Assembly (NCBI GenBank): GCA_963748235.1
Contig: CAVVHT010000009.1
Location: 599,237 to 663,236 of the forward strand
DNA from: an uncultured Chloroflexia bacterium
Lineage (GTDB): Bacteria > Chloroflexota > Limnocylindria > Limnocylindrales > CSP1-4
Direction: 5' to 3'
DNA: 64,000 nucleotides
Both the position numbers and the translations under genes were made by a program. Positions within the stretch are counted from its first letter, which is position 1; every line of letters starts with the position of its first letter. The notes beneath the pieces are model-generated. The model saw nothing but the letters and a program-made list of their open reading frames with translations, had not been told where the DNA came from and ran no database searches. Shown one piece after another: positions 54,496-64,000 of this stretch.

Positions 54496-57300
54496 CCAGG
54501 ACGGTCAGCTCGAGCAGCTCCAGGTTGGCCAGGCTCGCCAGCAGCTTCTTCACGCCGCGCTCCGGGAAGGCGACGGTGACCTCCTCGTCGTCGCGCGTCA
54601 GCTTCGAGGTGACGACCGCGCCCTCGCCGAACGCGGCGTGGCGCACGCGGTCGCCGTCGCGGTAGCGGCGCTCACCAGGCACGACGGGCCGCGGCGGCAT
54701 GACGCTGCGCTCAGGCACGGGCGCCTCGGCCTCGACCTCGTCGCTCGCCGTCCCGTAGTACGCCGGATCGCCGCGCGCGGCAAGGTCGCTGGATGGGCGG
54801 AACGCCTCGCCTTCACGAGGCGCTCCAACCGGCGGGTTGTAGCCACCGCCGGGCGGCAGGATGCGCCGCTCGCGGCCACCGCCCTGGCCGTTGGCGGCCC
54901 ATGACGGGCGCCGGCCCACCAGGCGCGAAGCGGCGCGCGGCCCGAGGATGTAGCTCAGGTCGTAGCCCGAGGCACCGCGCTCGTCGTCCGGCCGCTGGTC
55001 CTCGTCGTCGTCATCCTGCGTCACGAGCCGCGGGCCATGCATCAGATCGGCCGGGATCTCGAGCAGGAAGCGCGACGGGACGCAGAAGCCGCCCCGGCCC
55101 CAGGTCGCGCGCATCGAGGCGTGGGTCAGGTACAGCCGATGACGGGCGCGGGTAAGGCCGACATAGGCGAGTCGGCGCTCCTCCTCCATCTGGCGCGGGT
55201 CCTCGAGCGCACGCGCGTGCGGGAAGACGCCCTCCTCCAGCCCGGTGATGAACACGACGTCGAACTCGAGGCCCTTGGCCGCGTGGAGCGTGATGAGCGT
55301 GACCGCGTCGGCGTCCTTCTCGTACGCGTCCTGGTCGGCCACGAGGGCGGTCTCCTCGAGCAGCCGGTCGAGGGCATCCTCGGGCTCCAGGTCGGCGTAG
55401 CGGCTGACGACCTCGCGCAGCTCGAGCAGGTTGGCCCAGCGATCCTCGCCCTCCTGCGAGCCGTCCAGGAGCATCGCCCGGTAGCCGCTCTCCTCGAGCA
55501 CGCTGTCGAGCAGCTCGGGCAGGGCCAGCATGCCCACCCGCCGGCGCAGGGACTCGATCAGCTCGACGAACGAGGTGAGCGCCGACCGGGTGCGCGTTGC
55601 CAGCTCGGGTGACGCGACCAGCGCAACAAGCGCCTGCCAGACGTTCATCTCGCGCCGCCCCGCCTCAGCCCGAATGGCAGTGATCGTCTTCTCGCCGATG
55701 CCACGCGTGGGGACGTTGATGATGCGCTCGAAGGCCGCGCCGTCGTAGTCGCTGCGCAGGACGCGCAGGTAGGCGAGCGCGTCCTTGACCTCGCGGCGCT
55801 GGTAGAAGCGCGTGCCGCCGACGAGCTGGTAGCGCAGGCCGTAGCGCAGGAACGCCTCCTCGATCGCCCGGCTCTGGGCGTTCGTGCGGTACATGACCGC
55901 GATGTCGCGCAGCCGATGTGTCTTCTCGTCGCCCTCGTCGGCGCGCCGGGCGAGGAACGAGCCTCCGGCGCCGCGACCGGCGACGAGCGCCTCGACCTGG
56001 CGCGCGACCCACTCGGCCTCCTCGTCCTCCGAGTCGGCCTCGAAGCGCTCGATGAGCACGCCGCGCGGGTTCTCGGTCCACAGCTTCTTGTCCTTGCGCG
56101 CCTCGTTGCGCGACACGACCGCGTGCGCGGCATCGAGGATGAGCTGCGTCGAGCGGTAGTTCTGCTCGAGCTTGACGACCGTCGCGTCGGGGTAGTCGCG
56201 CTCGAAGTCGAGGATGTTGCGCAGGTCGGCGCCGCGCCACGAGTAGATGCTCTGGTCGTCGTCGCCGACGACGGCCAGGTTCTTGCGCTTGCCGGCGAGA
56301 TGGCGAATCCACAGGTATTGCGCGCGGTTCGTGTCCTGGTACTCGTCGACGTGCAGGTAGCGCCAGCGCTCCTGGTAGTGCGTCAGGACGCCCGGCGCCT
56401 CGTCGAACAGGCGCACGGCCTCGTTGAGCAGGTCGTCGAAGTCAAGTGCGCCGTTGGCGCGCAGCCGTGCCTGGTAGGCGCGTAGGCCCGCGCCGCGATT
56501 TCCTCCATGTAGCCGCGCGCGGCTGTCATCGCCTGCTCCGGCCCGAACAGGTCGTTCTTCCAGCGCCCGATCTGGCCCAGGATGGCCTGCGGGCGCATCT
56601 CGGTCGAGCCGGCCAGCTCGAGGTCGCGCAGCACGAGCTTGAGCGTCGAGACCTGGTCGTCCGTGTCGTAGATCGCGAAGCGCGGGTCGATGCCGATGGC
56701 AGCTCCGTCGCGACGCAGCACGCGCGCGCAGAGCGAGTGGAAAGTGCCCATCGCGACGTCGCGCGCCTGGTCGCCGACGAGGGCGATGATGCGCGCGCGC
56801 ATCTCGGCCGCGGCCTTGTTCGTGAACGTGACGGCCAGGATCTGCCAGGGCTTCACGCCCTGGACGCCGATCAGATAGGCGACACGATGGGCCAGCACGC
56901 GCGTCTTGCCCGATCCGGCCCCGGCGAGGATGAGCAGCGGCCCCTCGGTCGTGGTGACCGCGCGCGCCTGCTCCGGGTTCAGCCGCGCGACCATCTTCTC
57001 CGCGAGCGCGTCGCGATCGGCCTGCGACTGCTCGTCGACCGGTTGCTTCTCGCGCGGCACGCTCCGTCGTGACGAGAACCAATCCGCGAAATGCGGCGCC
57101 TCGTCATCGGGCGATCCCGCGGATGTGAGCGCGTCGGAGCCCTTCTTGCGCCGCGCAATGGCCCGCGGATCGGGTGATTCCTCGGCCGGTTCGAGATCTG
57201 TTCCCGGTGGGGTGTCGGGAAGGGGCGCAGACTCCGACTCGGGCACCATCGCGAAGCCCAGGTCGCCCTGGTCCATGTCCCTGTCAGTCGCCCGAGTCAC
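54479..57300 (-). CDS. pcrA: ATP-dependent DNA helicase PcrA/UvrD with N- and C-terminal extensions; one frameshift as sequenced
   Basis: LNPEQARAV...ILAGAGSGKTRVL...VTFTNKAA is in ORF 56383-57300. VDEYQDTN...VGDDDQSIYSWRGA...LEQNYRST...TLHAAKGLEF...RLAYVGLTRA is in ORF 54479-57082. The C-terminal segment GDRVRHAAFGEGAVV is Tudor-like. The switch is near 56475. Confidence 0.92.
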
Positions 57301-57387
57301 CCGGCCGATGCTAGCAGTGACGGCGCCCGACCAGCCGACGCGATGGGGTCGCCATGAACCCGACTCGGCCTGTACGCTCAGGTGACA

Positions 57388-60008
57388 ATGGCCACCCTGC
57401 CGACCGGCACGGTCTCGATCCTGTTCACCGATATCGAGGGTTCGACGCGCCTGCTCCAGCGACTAGGGCCGGACCGGTACGGCGGGCTGCTCGCCGAGCA
57501 TCACCAGGTGATGCGCTCGGCGATCTCAGCCTGCCGCGGCGTCGAGATCAAGACCGAGGGCGACTCGTTCTTCGCCATCTTCGTAAGCGCCCATGACGCC
57601 GTGATCGGCGCCGTCCAGGCTCAGCGCGAGCTTGCCGAGCGAGAGTGGCCCGAAGGCGTGCGGGTCGCCGTGCGCATGGGCATTCATACCGGCGATGTGC
57701 AGATCAGCGCTGGTGAGTACGTCGGCATGGACGTCCATCGCGCGGCGCGCATCTCGGCCGCCGCCCATGGCGGCCAGGTTCTGCTGTCGGCGACCACGGC
57801 GTCAGTCATCTCGTCCACACTGCCTGAGGGCGTCACGCTGCGCGAGGTTGGCGAGCACCTGCTCAAGGACATCGAGGAACCTGAGCGGCTGTGCCAGCTG
57901 GTCATCGATGGGCTGCCAGCCGACTTCCCGCCACCGCACGCCGTCGCCACTCGGTTCGAGCTGTTGCCGCCCGAAATGACCAGCTTCGTCGGCCGTGAGG
58001 AAGTCCTGGCACAAGCCCACGAGCTGCTCGTCGGGACGAGACTGCTGACTTTGACCGGTCCCGGCGGGACGGGCAAGACGAGGCTCTCCATCCGCCTCGC
58101 GCGGGACGCGGCGCACGCGTACGAGGACGGCGTCGCGTTCGTCGCGCTCGCCTCAATCAGCGATCCGACGCTGGTGATGCCCACGATCCGTCACGCCCTG
58201 GGACTCATCGAGCAGCCTGGCCGCTCTGCGCTGGAGACGCTTTCCGAGAGGCTCGCCGGCCGCGACGTTCTGCTCGTCTTGGACAACTTCGAGCAGATCA
58301 CCGACGCGGCATCGTCGATCGCCGCGCTGCTCGAAGCAGCCCAGGAGCTGACGCTCGTCATCACCAGCCGGGTTGCGCTGCACATAACCGGCGAACAGGA
58401 GCTACCGGTCCCGCCACTCGATCTGCCGACGCGCGCCGAGGAGGCCGATCTCGACCGACTTGCCCGATCCGAATCGGTCGCCCTGTTCATGCAGCGAGCG
58501 CGCGCCGTTCAACCAGACTTCAGCCTTGGACCGGACAACGCGGCAACGATCAGCGAGATCTGCACCAGGCTCGACGGATTGCCGCTTGCCATCGAGCTCG
58601 CCGCCTCGCGCGTCAAGCTGCTGCCGCCCGGTGCGCTGCTCGCGCGGCTGAGTCAGAGCCTTGATGTGCTGCAGTCGACGGCGGCCGACCGGACCGACCG
58701 ACAGCGCACCCTGCGTGGCGCGATCGACTGGAGCTACGGGCTGCTGTCAGAGCCCGAGCAGGCCGTGTTCAGGCGCTGCGCCGATCTTCGTCGGCGGCTG
58801 GCGGCTCGACGATGCCGAGCCAGTGGTCGGTGCCGCCGGTGCGCTCGAGATGGATCTGCTCGACGGCGTCGGCGCTCTGGTCGATCACAGCCTCGTGCGC
58901 CAGGTCGAGCGCGATAGCGAGCCGCGCTTCACGATGCTCGAGACGATTCGCGAGTTCGGCCGCGAGCGGCTGGCCGAGGCGGGCGAGCTCGACGCCACCG
59001 CGACGCGCCCACGCCGATCGGTTCGCGGCGCTCGCCGAGCAGGCCGAACCGGCGCTGACCGCCGGCCGCGAATGGCCTGATCGACTCAACACCGACCACG
59101 CCAACGTTCGTGCCGCGCTGCGCTGGCTGGCCGAGCACGACATCCAGCGCGCCCTGCAGATGGGCGGCCGGCTGTGGCGCTTCTGGCACCTGCGCGGCCA
59201 CCTTCGCGAGGGATCGGGCCTGCTGACGGCGATGCTCGATCAGCCGCGCGCGGCAGAGCCAACCTCGGCGCGCGCCAAGGCGCTGATCGGGCTTGCCGGG
59301 CTCGTCTACTGGCAGACCGATTTCGATGCGGCGCGACGCCATTACGAGGAAGGACTGGCCATCGCCCGGACGGTCGGCGACGAAACGCTGGAGGTCGAGA
59401 TCCTCTACAGCCTCGCCTATGTGCGCGCGATCGAACGTGACTACGCCGCGGCCAATCGCGAGCTGGAGGCTGCAGCCGAGCTGTACGAGAGCCAGGGCAA
59501 CAGCGTCATGGCCACCTGGGCAACGGCCACGATCGGCATGAACATGTCGCTCGCCGGCGACCAGGAGGCGGCAATCCCGATACTCGAACAGGGCATCCGT
59601 CGATTCGAGGCTCTCGGTGAGGCCTACGGTCAGCGCAATGCCACGTCCGTGCTGACAAGGGCGCTGATGAACGTCGATCGGCTCGACGAGGCCGGTAAGG
59701 CCAATCGCCGCGTCCTCGAGTTGTCGCTCGCCGAGCAGGACATAACCTCTCTGTCCGCCGCTCTCCACGACGCCGCATCGCTCGCGGCTCTGCGCGGCGA
59801 CCTGACCACCGCCGCGACGCTGACCGGTGCAGCCGAACGGATCGTGGACGAGTCCGGGGGTCAGCCGCCGCCAAGTCTGGTCAATCGGATCGATGCGATG
59901 CCCACTCTGTCGGCCAGCCTGTCAGCGGAAGATCTGTCGGTCCTGCTCGCCCGCGGCCGGTCTTTGTCGACCGAAGAAGCGGTGAACCTGGCCGTAGCCC
60001 GGCGCTAG
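57388..60008 (+). CDS. Class III adenylate/guanylate cyclase fused to a STAND (AAA/NB-ARC-like) ATPase and TPR repeats; two frameshifts as sequenced
   Basis: Cyclase: GTVSILFTDIEGSTRLL...EIKTEGDSFFAIF...VRMGIHTGD. ATPase: P-loop LTGPGGTGKTRLS and Walker B LLVLDNFEQ, plus DGLPLAIELAA. The TPR-like C-terminus is in ORF 58812-60008. Switches are near 58785 and 59000. Confidence 0.85.
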
Positions 60009-60077
60009 CCCGCGCTGCGGGCTCGAACACCGATAGCGAAGCGCCTGCCCATGCGCCCGGCCTCCGGGTGCCGGCCT

Positions 60078-60105
60078 TTGACACCCCTTATCGTGGTGGT
60101 ACATT
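60078..60105 (+). promoter_or_regulatory. Possible sigma-70-type promoter
   Basis: TTGACA, a 16-nt spacer, then TACATT. It ends 12 nt before the TTG start of ORF 60117, giving a very short leader. Confidence 0.3.
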
Positions 60106-60116
60106 AGCCGCGTCAG

Positions 60117-60473
60117 TTGCATGTCACGGCCGACGCCGCCTTCCTGGTGCGATTTCGCGAGCTGAGGGATCTCCCGTTCGTGTTCGGCCTGACCCGATGC
60201 GTTACATACAGCGTCGACGACTCTCTCGCCGATCCCTCCGCGAACACAACGGTCGTGTTCAAGAGCCTGGTGCGGGTCGCGATGGCCACGGATACCGAGC
60301 CTGCACTACCTGGTGGCTACGCCCGCTACATCGTGGTGGTGAAGGTCTTTTGGTACGACGCTGAGGGCTACCGCCAGGGCTGGGCAAAGCAGCGCCTCAC
60401 CCACTACAACCGGGTTAACCAACTCGGCGATGAAGTGGCTGATGGCCGAAGCTGCCCGCCAGGGTTCGCCTGA
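60117..60473 (+). CDS. Hypothetical protein (118 aa)
   Basis: The ORF has high third-position G+C. I recognise no family. Confidence 0.4.
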   Translation: MHVTADAAFLVRFRELRDLPFVFGLTRCVTYSVDDSLADPSANTTVVFKSLVRVAMATDTEPALPGGYARYIVVVKVFWYDAEGYRQGWAKQRLTHYNRVNQLGDEVADGRSCPPGFA

Positions 60474-60498
60474 TAGGCAGCGGGGCTAAGGCCGACCA

Positions 60499-60866
60499 AT
60501 GCCCGTTTCCATCGATGCAAGCACGCCCTCGCGCTGCTCCTTGGGGCCATCCTCACGATCGTCTCGCCCGTCACGTCGATCGCCGTCCTTGTCGCCAGGC
60601 GCCGCGAACTGCAGCCACTCGGGCCGATTGGTTGGGCTGCAATTGGTGCGGCCGGATTGCTGGGTTTCTTGCTTGGCACCCGTCAGATCGAGACGCCCGA
60701 TCGACTGGATCCTGTCCGGGCTTTCGCGCTTGCGTTGGGCGTCGCCCTAGTCGTCAGTCTGGCCATCTGGCTTCACCGGTGGGCCAGCTCTGCCGCAGTG
60801 ACATCTCTCGGGGCGGCGCTGCTGCTGCAATTCGGTCTCGTGGCCGGATTCCTTGTGATTCGCTGA
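60499..60866 (+). CDS. Hypothetical four-TM membrane protein; probable frameshift near the N-terminus
   Basis: My translation gives the frame-0 reading HALALLLGAILTIVSPVTSIAVLVARRRELQPLGPIGWAAIGAAGLLGFLLG...LGVALVVSLAIWL...LGAALLLQFGLVAGFLVIR. It is continuous from about 60522 but has no start codon. The ATG at 60499 is in another frame. Confidence 0.4.
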
Positions 60867-61199
60867 CGTACTCGCGTACACGGCTTGCGCGAAAGGAATG
60901 AGCCGCTTCTGGATGTTCTGAGCGTTGCCCGGAACGCGAACCAGCCGAGTGTCGCGTTGGCGGCATGTAGCTCGGCCCTGGCATCCTCGAGATAGTCATC
61001 CACGTCCCGGAAGCTAGGCATCGCTCGTGCCACGTTACGCGGCGCGACTATCAGCGGCCTATATAGGGAAGCAGCCTGCCGATCGACTCTTCGGAGGGCA
61101 ATATGACAGGATGGTGGCCATGGCAGTGCGACTGATCCGGCCCTTCTGGGCCGTAGAGGAACTTGACGCAATCCCCGGCTGCGAGATACTCACCACGAG

Positions 61200-61664
61200 A
61201 TGAGGTTGCTGCGGATCGGATCGAGCATCGTGCTGACGATCATGCTCGCGGCGGGCTGCAGCAGCTTCTGGCGGGGTGGAAATCCGTCGCCCGTCCTGCC
61301 CACGACGCAGGGGACGATCTTGTCAGCGTCGAGCTCGGACCCACGGCTGGGTGCTGGGAACACAACGCCGCACACGCTCGATGTTGTCGTCAACGAGGCG
61401 GTGATTGGGGAGATTCCGTCGAGCCAAGGGTTCGTCACGCCTTCCCAGCCGCTGCCGGAACTGCCATGGGTAGTGCAGGCCCGAACGAAAACGGGCGTGA
61501 CGGTTCTCGAGCTCGAGGTCCCCACGAACTTCGTACCCAACACATATTCTCGAGCGGATCTCGCCTGTGGCATTGTCATTCTCTGGGTAGGAGATGAGCC
61601 AGTTTACGGTCCGGCACCGCCTAGCTTTGGTGCAGGCGAGAGTACAGAGCCCTGCCCGTCATGA
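61200..61664 (+). CDS. Hypothetical lipoprotein
   Basis: Signal peptide with a lipobox: MRLLRIGSSIVLTIMLAAGCSS. Intact 154-aa ORF. Confidence 0.6.
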   Translation: MRLLRIGSSIVLTIMLAAGCSSFWRGGNPSPVLPTTQGTILSASSSDPRLGAGNTTPHTLDVVVNEAVIGEIPSSQGFVTPSQPLPELPWVVQARTKTGVTVLELEVPTNFVPNTYSRADLACGIVILWVGDEPVYGPAPPSFGAGESTEPCPS

Positions 61665-61716
61665 GGGTTCCCCGGGCTTCGGCGAGCTCGGGATCAGTCA
61701 TCGGCTGAACGGTAGA

Positions 61717-62345
61717 TCAACCGATCGCCGGCGACTCTCCTTCGATGAGCATCCACCCGACGTGAAGTTCTTTCGTTCGGGAACTCGAGAGTCGAACCTC
61801 GATGCGGCCGTTGGCCGCCGTCAACTACGGCCCACAACGAGCGCCCGCCCAAGCCAGCTTGCGGCGTGAGCAACACGAACGCGTTGCCTGAGACGTTCAC
61901 GGGTGGCTCGATGATGGCTGCGCGACTGCCGGCAGGGATGATCACCACGCCGCTCACGTGCTCGATGCGCAACCTTCCCTTGGCAAAAACCGCGTAGCCA
62001 TTTGCGCCGCTCTCGGCAAAAACGCCGATGCCGGATGTCGTGCCGCCGCGAAGGCCAGCGCCAGATGGGCTTACTCCGTTGACGCCCCAGCCTGAAACGC
62101 TTTGACCCAACAGCGCGGTGCCCTCGCCGTCTGACTCCCCAGACAAGACGACTTGATTGTTCACACGATTGCGAAGGTGCGTGGCTGCCTGCGCGTTTAG
62201 ATACGTCCCGCCCACTGCAACGGTCTCGCCGTCCGCTTTGGGCCGGGAATGGCTGGCCAAGCGCATGTGCAACATAAGCACCTACTGCACCGACAGGGGC
62301 AGCGAACAGGCTCCGCCTCGAGTGCAAGTGCTCATCAACGGGCAT
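61717..62345 (-). CDS. Tat-signal exported beta-rich protein with G-V-x-G/S-G repeats, unknown function; two frameshifts as sequenced
   Basis: GGGGAGG lies 7 nt before the ATG. The N-terminus SRRSLFAAPVGAVGAYVAHA is Tat-like. The middle reads SVSGWGVNGVSPSGAGLRGGTTSGIGVFAESGANGYAVFAKGRLRIEH. The C-terminus recovered in another frame is AANGRIEVRLSSSRTKELHVGWMLIEGESPAIG, with the stop at 61717. Confidence 0.55.
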
Positions 62346-62552
62346 CGGACGACCTCCCCTCGCGGGTCGGCGCGTTGTGGCGAGTCGACCCTGATAGGAC
62401 TTGTAGCAGCGCCCTGCACCCCGTTACAACGCCCACGTCGAAATTCGGCGGATCTCTCTCCGCCCTAAGTGGTAGTGGACTTTCCGGATCGATCACGGCG
62501 GCGCTCGCGGGAGTGGACAGACTGAGGCAGCCGCTTGGTAGCAATCTCGGTA

Positions 62553-62592
62553 GCAAAAGAGCCGGGCCTCCGCGAACGGATGGTCCGGCTCT
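62553..62592 (-). terminator. Rho-independent terminator downstream of groEL
   Basis: Read on the minus strand: AGAGCCGGACC - 13-nt loop - GGCCCGGCTCT (11-bp stem, one mismatch), followed by TTTTG. A second small hairpin, CTGGCG-cgga-CGCCAG, lies at 62618-62633. Confidence 0.6.
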
Positions 62593-62651
62593 CTGATCGT
62601 CTGAGTGTGGAGTCCGACTGGCGCGGACGCCAGCCGACGCTACGGAATGGC

Positions 62652-64000
<1,349 letters not shown>

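Noticed and set aside
60773-61171. A minus-strand ORF. Its internal start at 61021 gives MPSFRDVDDYLEDARAELHAANATLGWFAF..., a possible small (antitoxin-like?) gene.
   Set aside because: Its 3' half is Arg-rich and overlaps the better-supported plus-strand membrane ORF. The alternative frames gave no clean ending, and I recognise no partner toxin or family. I left it unannotated as unresolved.
61717-62345. A phage tail-fibre or collagen-like gene, suggested by the Gly-rich repeats.
   Set aside because: It has a Tat-type signal peptide. There are no phage structural, integrase or lysis genes nearby. The repeats are not G-X-Y.

Overview
This is a high-G+C bacterial chromosomal segment, mostly housekeeping genes. 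The gene order (polA...coaE...uvrB and ligA-gatC-gatA...gatB) resembles Actinobacteria-type synteny, and many exported proteins carry Pro/Thr-rich linkers. I cannot confirm the taxon without a search.

Genes I can support:
- DNA repair and replication: uvrB, mutM, polA, dnaE, ligA, pcrA.
- A four-gene Tad/Flp accessory cluster: cpaB, tadG-like, and two tadE-like genes.
- coaE, an ABC-F ATPase, an ECF sigma/anti-sigma pair, and tRNA-Leu(CAA).
- A CHRD / M24 / CRTAC1 / Gfo-Idh-MocA / SDR accessory block.
- A complete ROK-regulated xylose locus (xylFHG, mutarotase, xylA, xylB).
- A lipid kinase, surE, a PlsC-like acyltransferase and an HD-GYP response regulator.
- A BMP-family ABC transporter operon, gatCAB, an aminotransferase and two class III nucleotide cyclases (one cupin-fused, one fused to a STAND ATPase plus TPR).
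- A four-domain YbaY/YscW-like surface protein, a small block of hypothetical genes that looks lower in G+C, and a partial groEL.

I found no rRNA, CRISPR array, transposase or integrase.

The most pervasive signal is technical or evolutionary. By manual frame tracing, roughly 45-50 frame disruptions interrupt at least 20 genes. These include genes expected to be essential (dnaE, ligA, gatA, pcrA). The disruptions are clustered, and several sit at short G/C homopolymers.

Other points worth a second look are listed under findings:
- Two inverted copies of a GAAC-N4-GTTC (LexA/Cheo-type) box upstream of dnaE.
- A TadE-like pseudopilin fused to PKD and PASTA-like modules.
- Long terminal extensions on UvrB, DnaE and PcrA.
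- Several structured intergenic elements.

I did not find a convincing novel multi-gene system.
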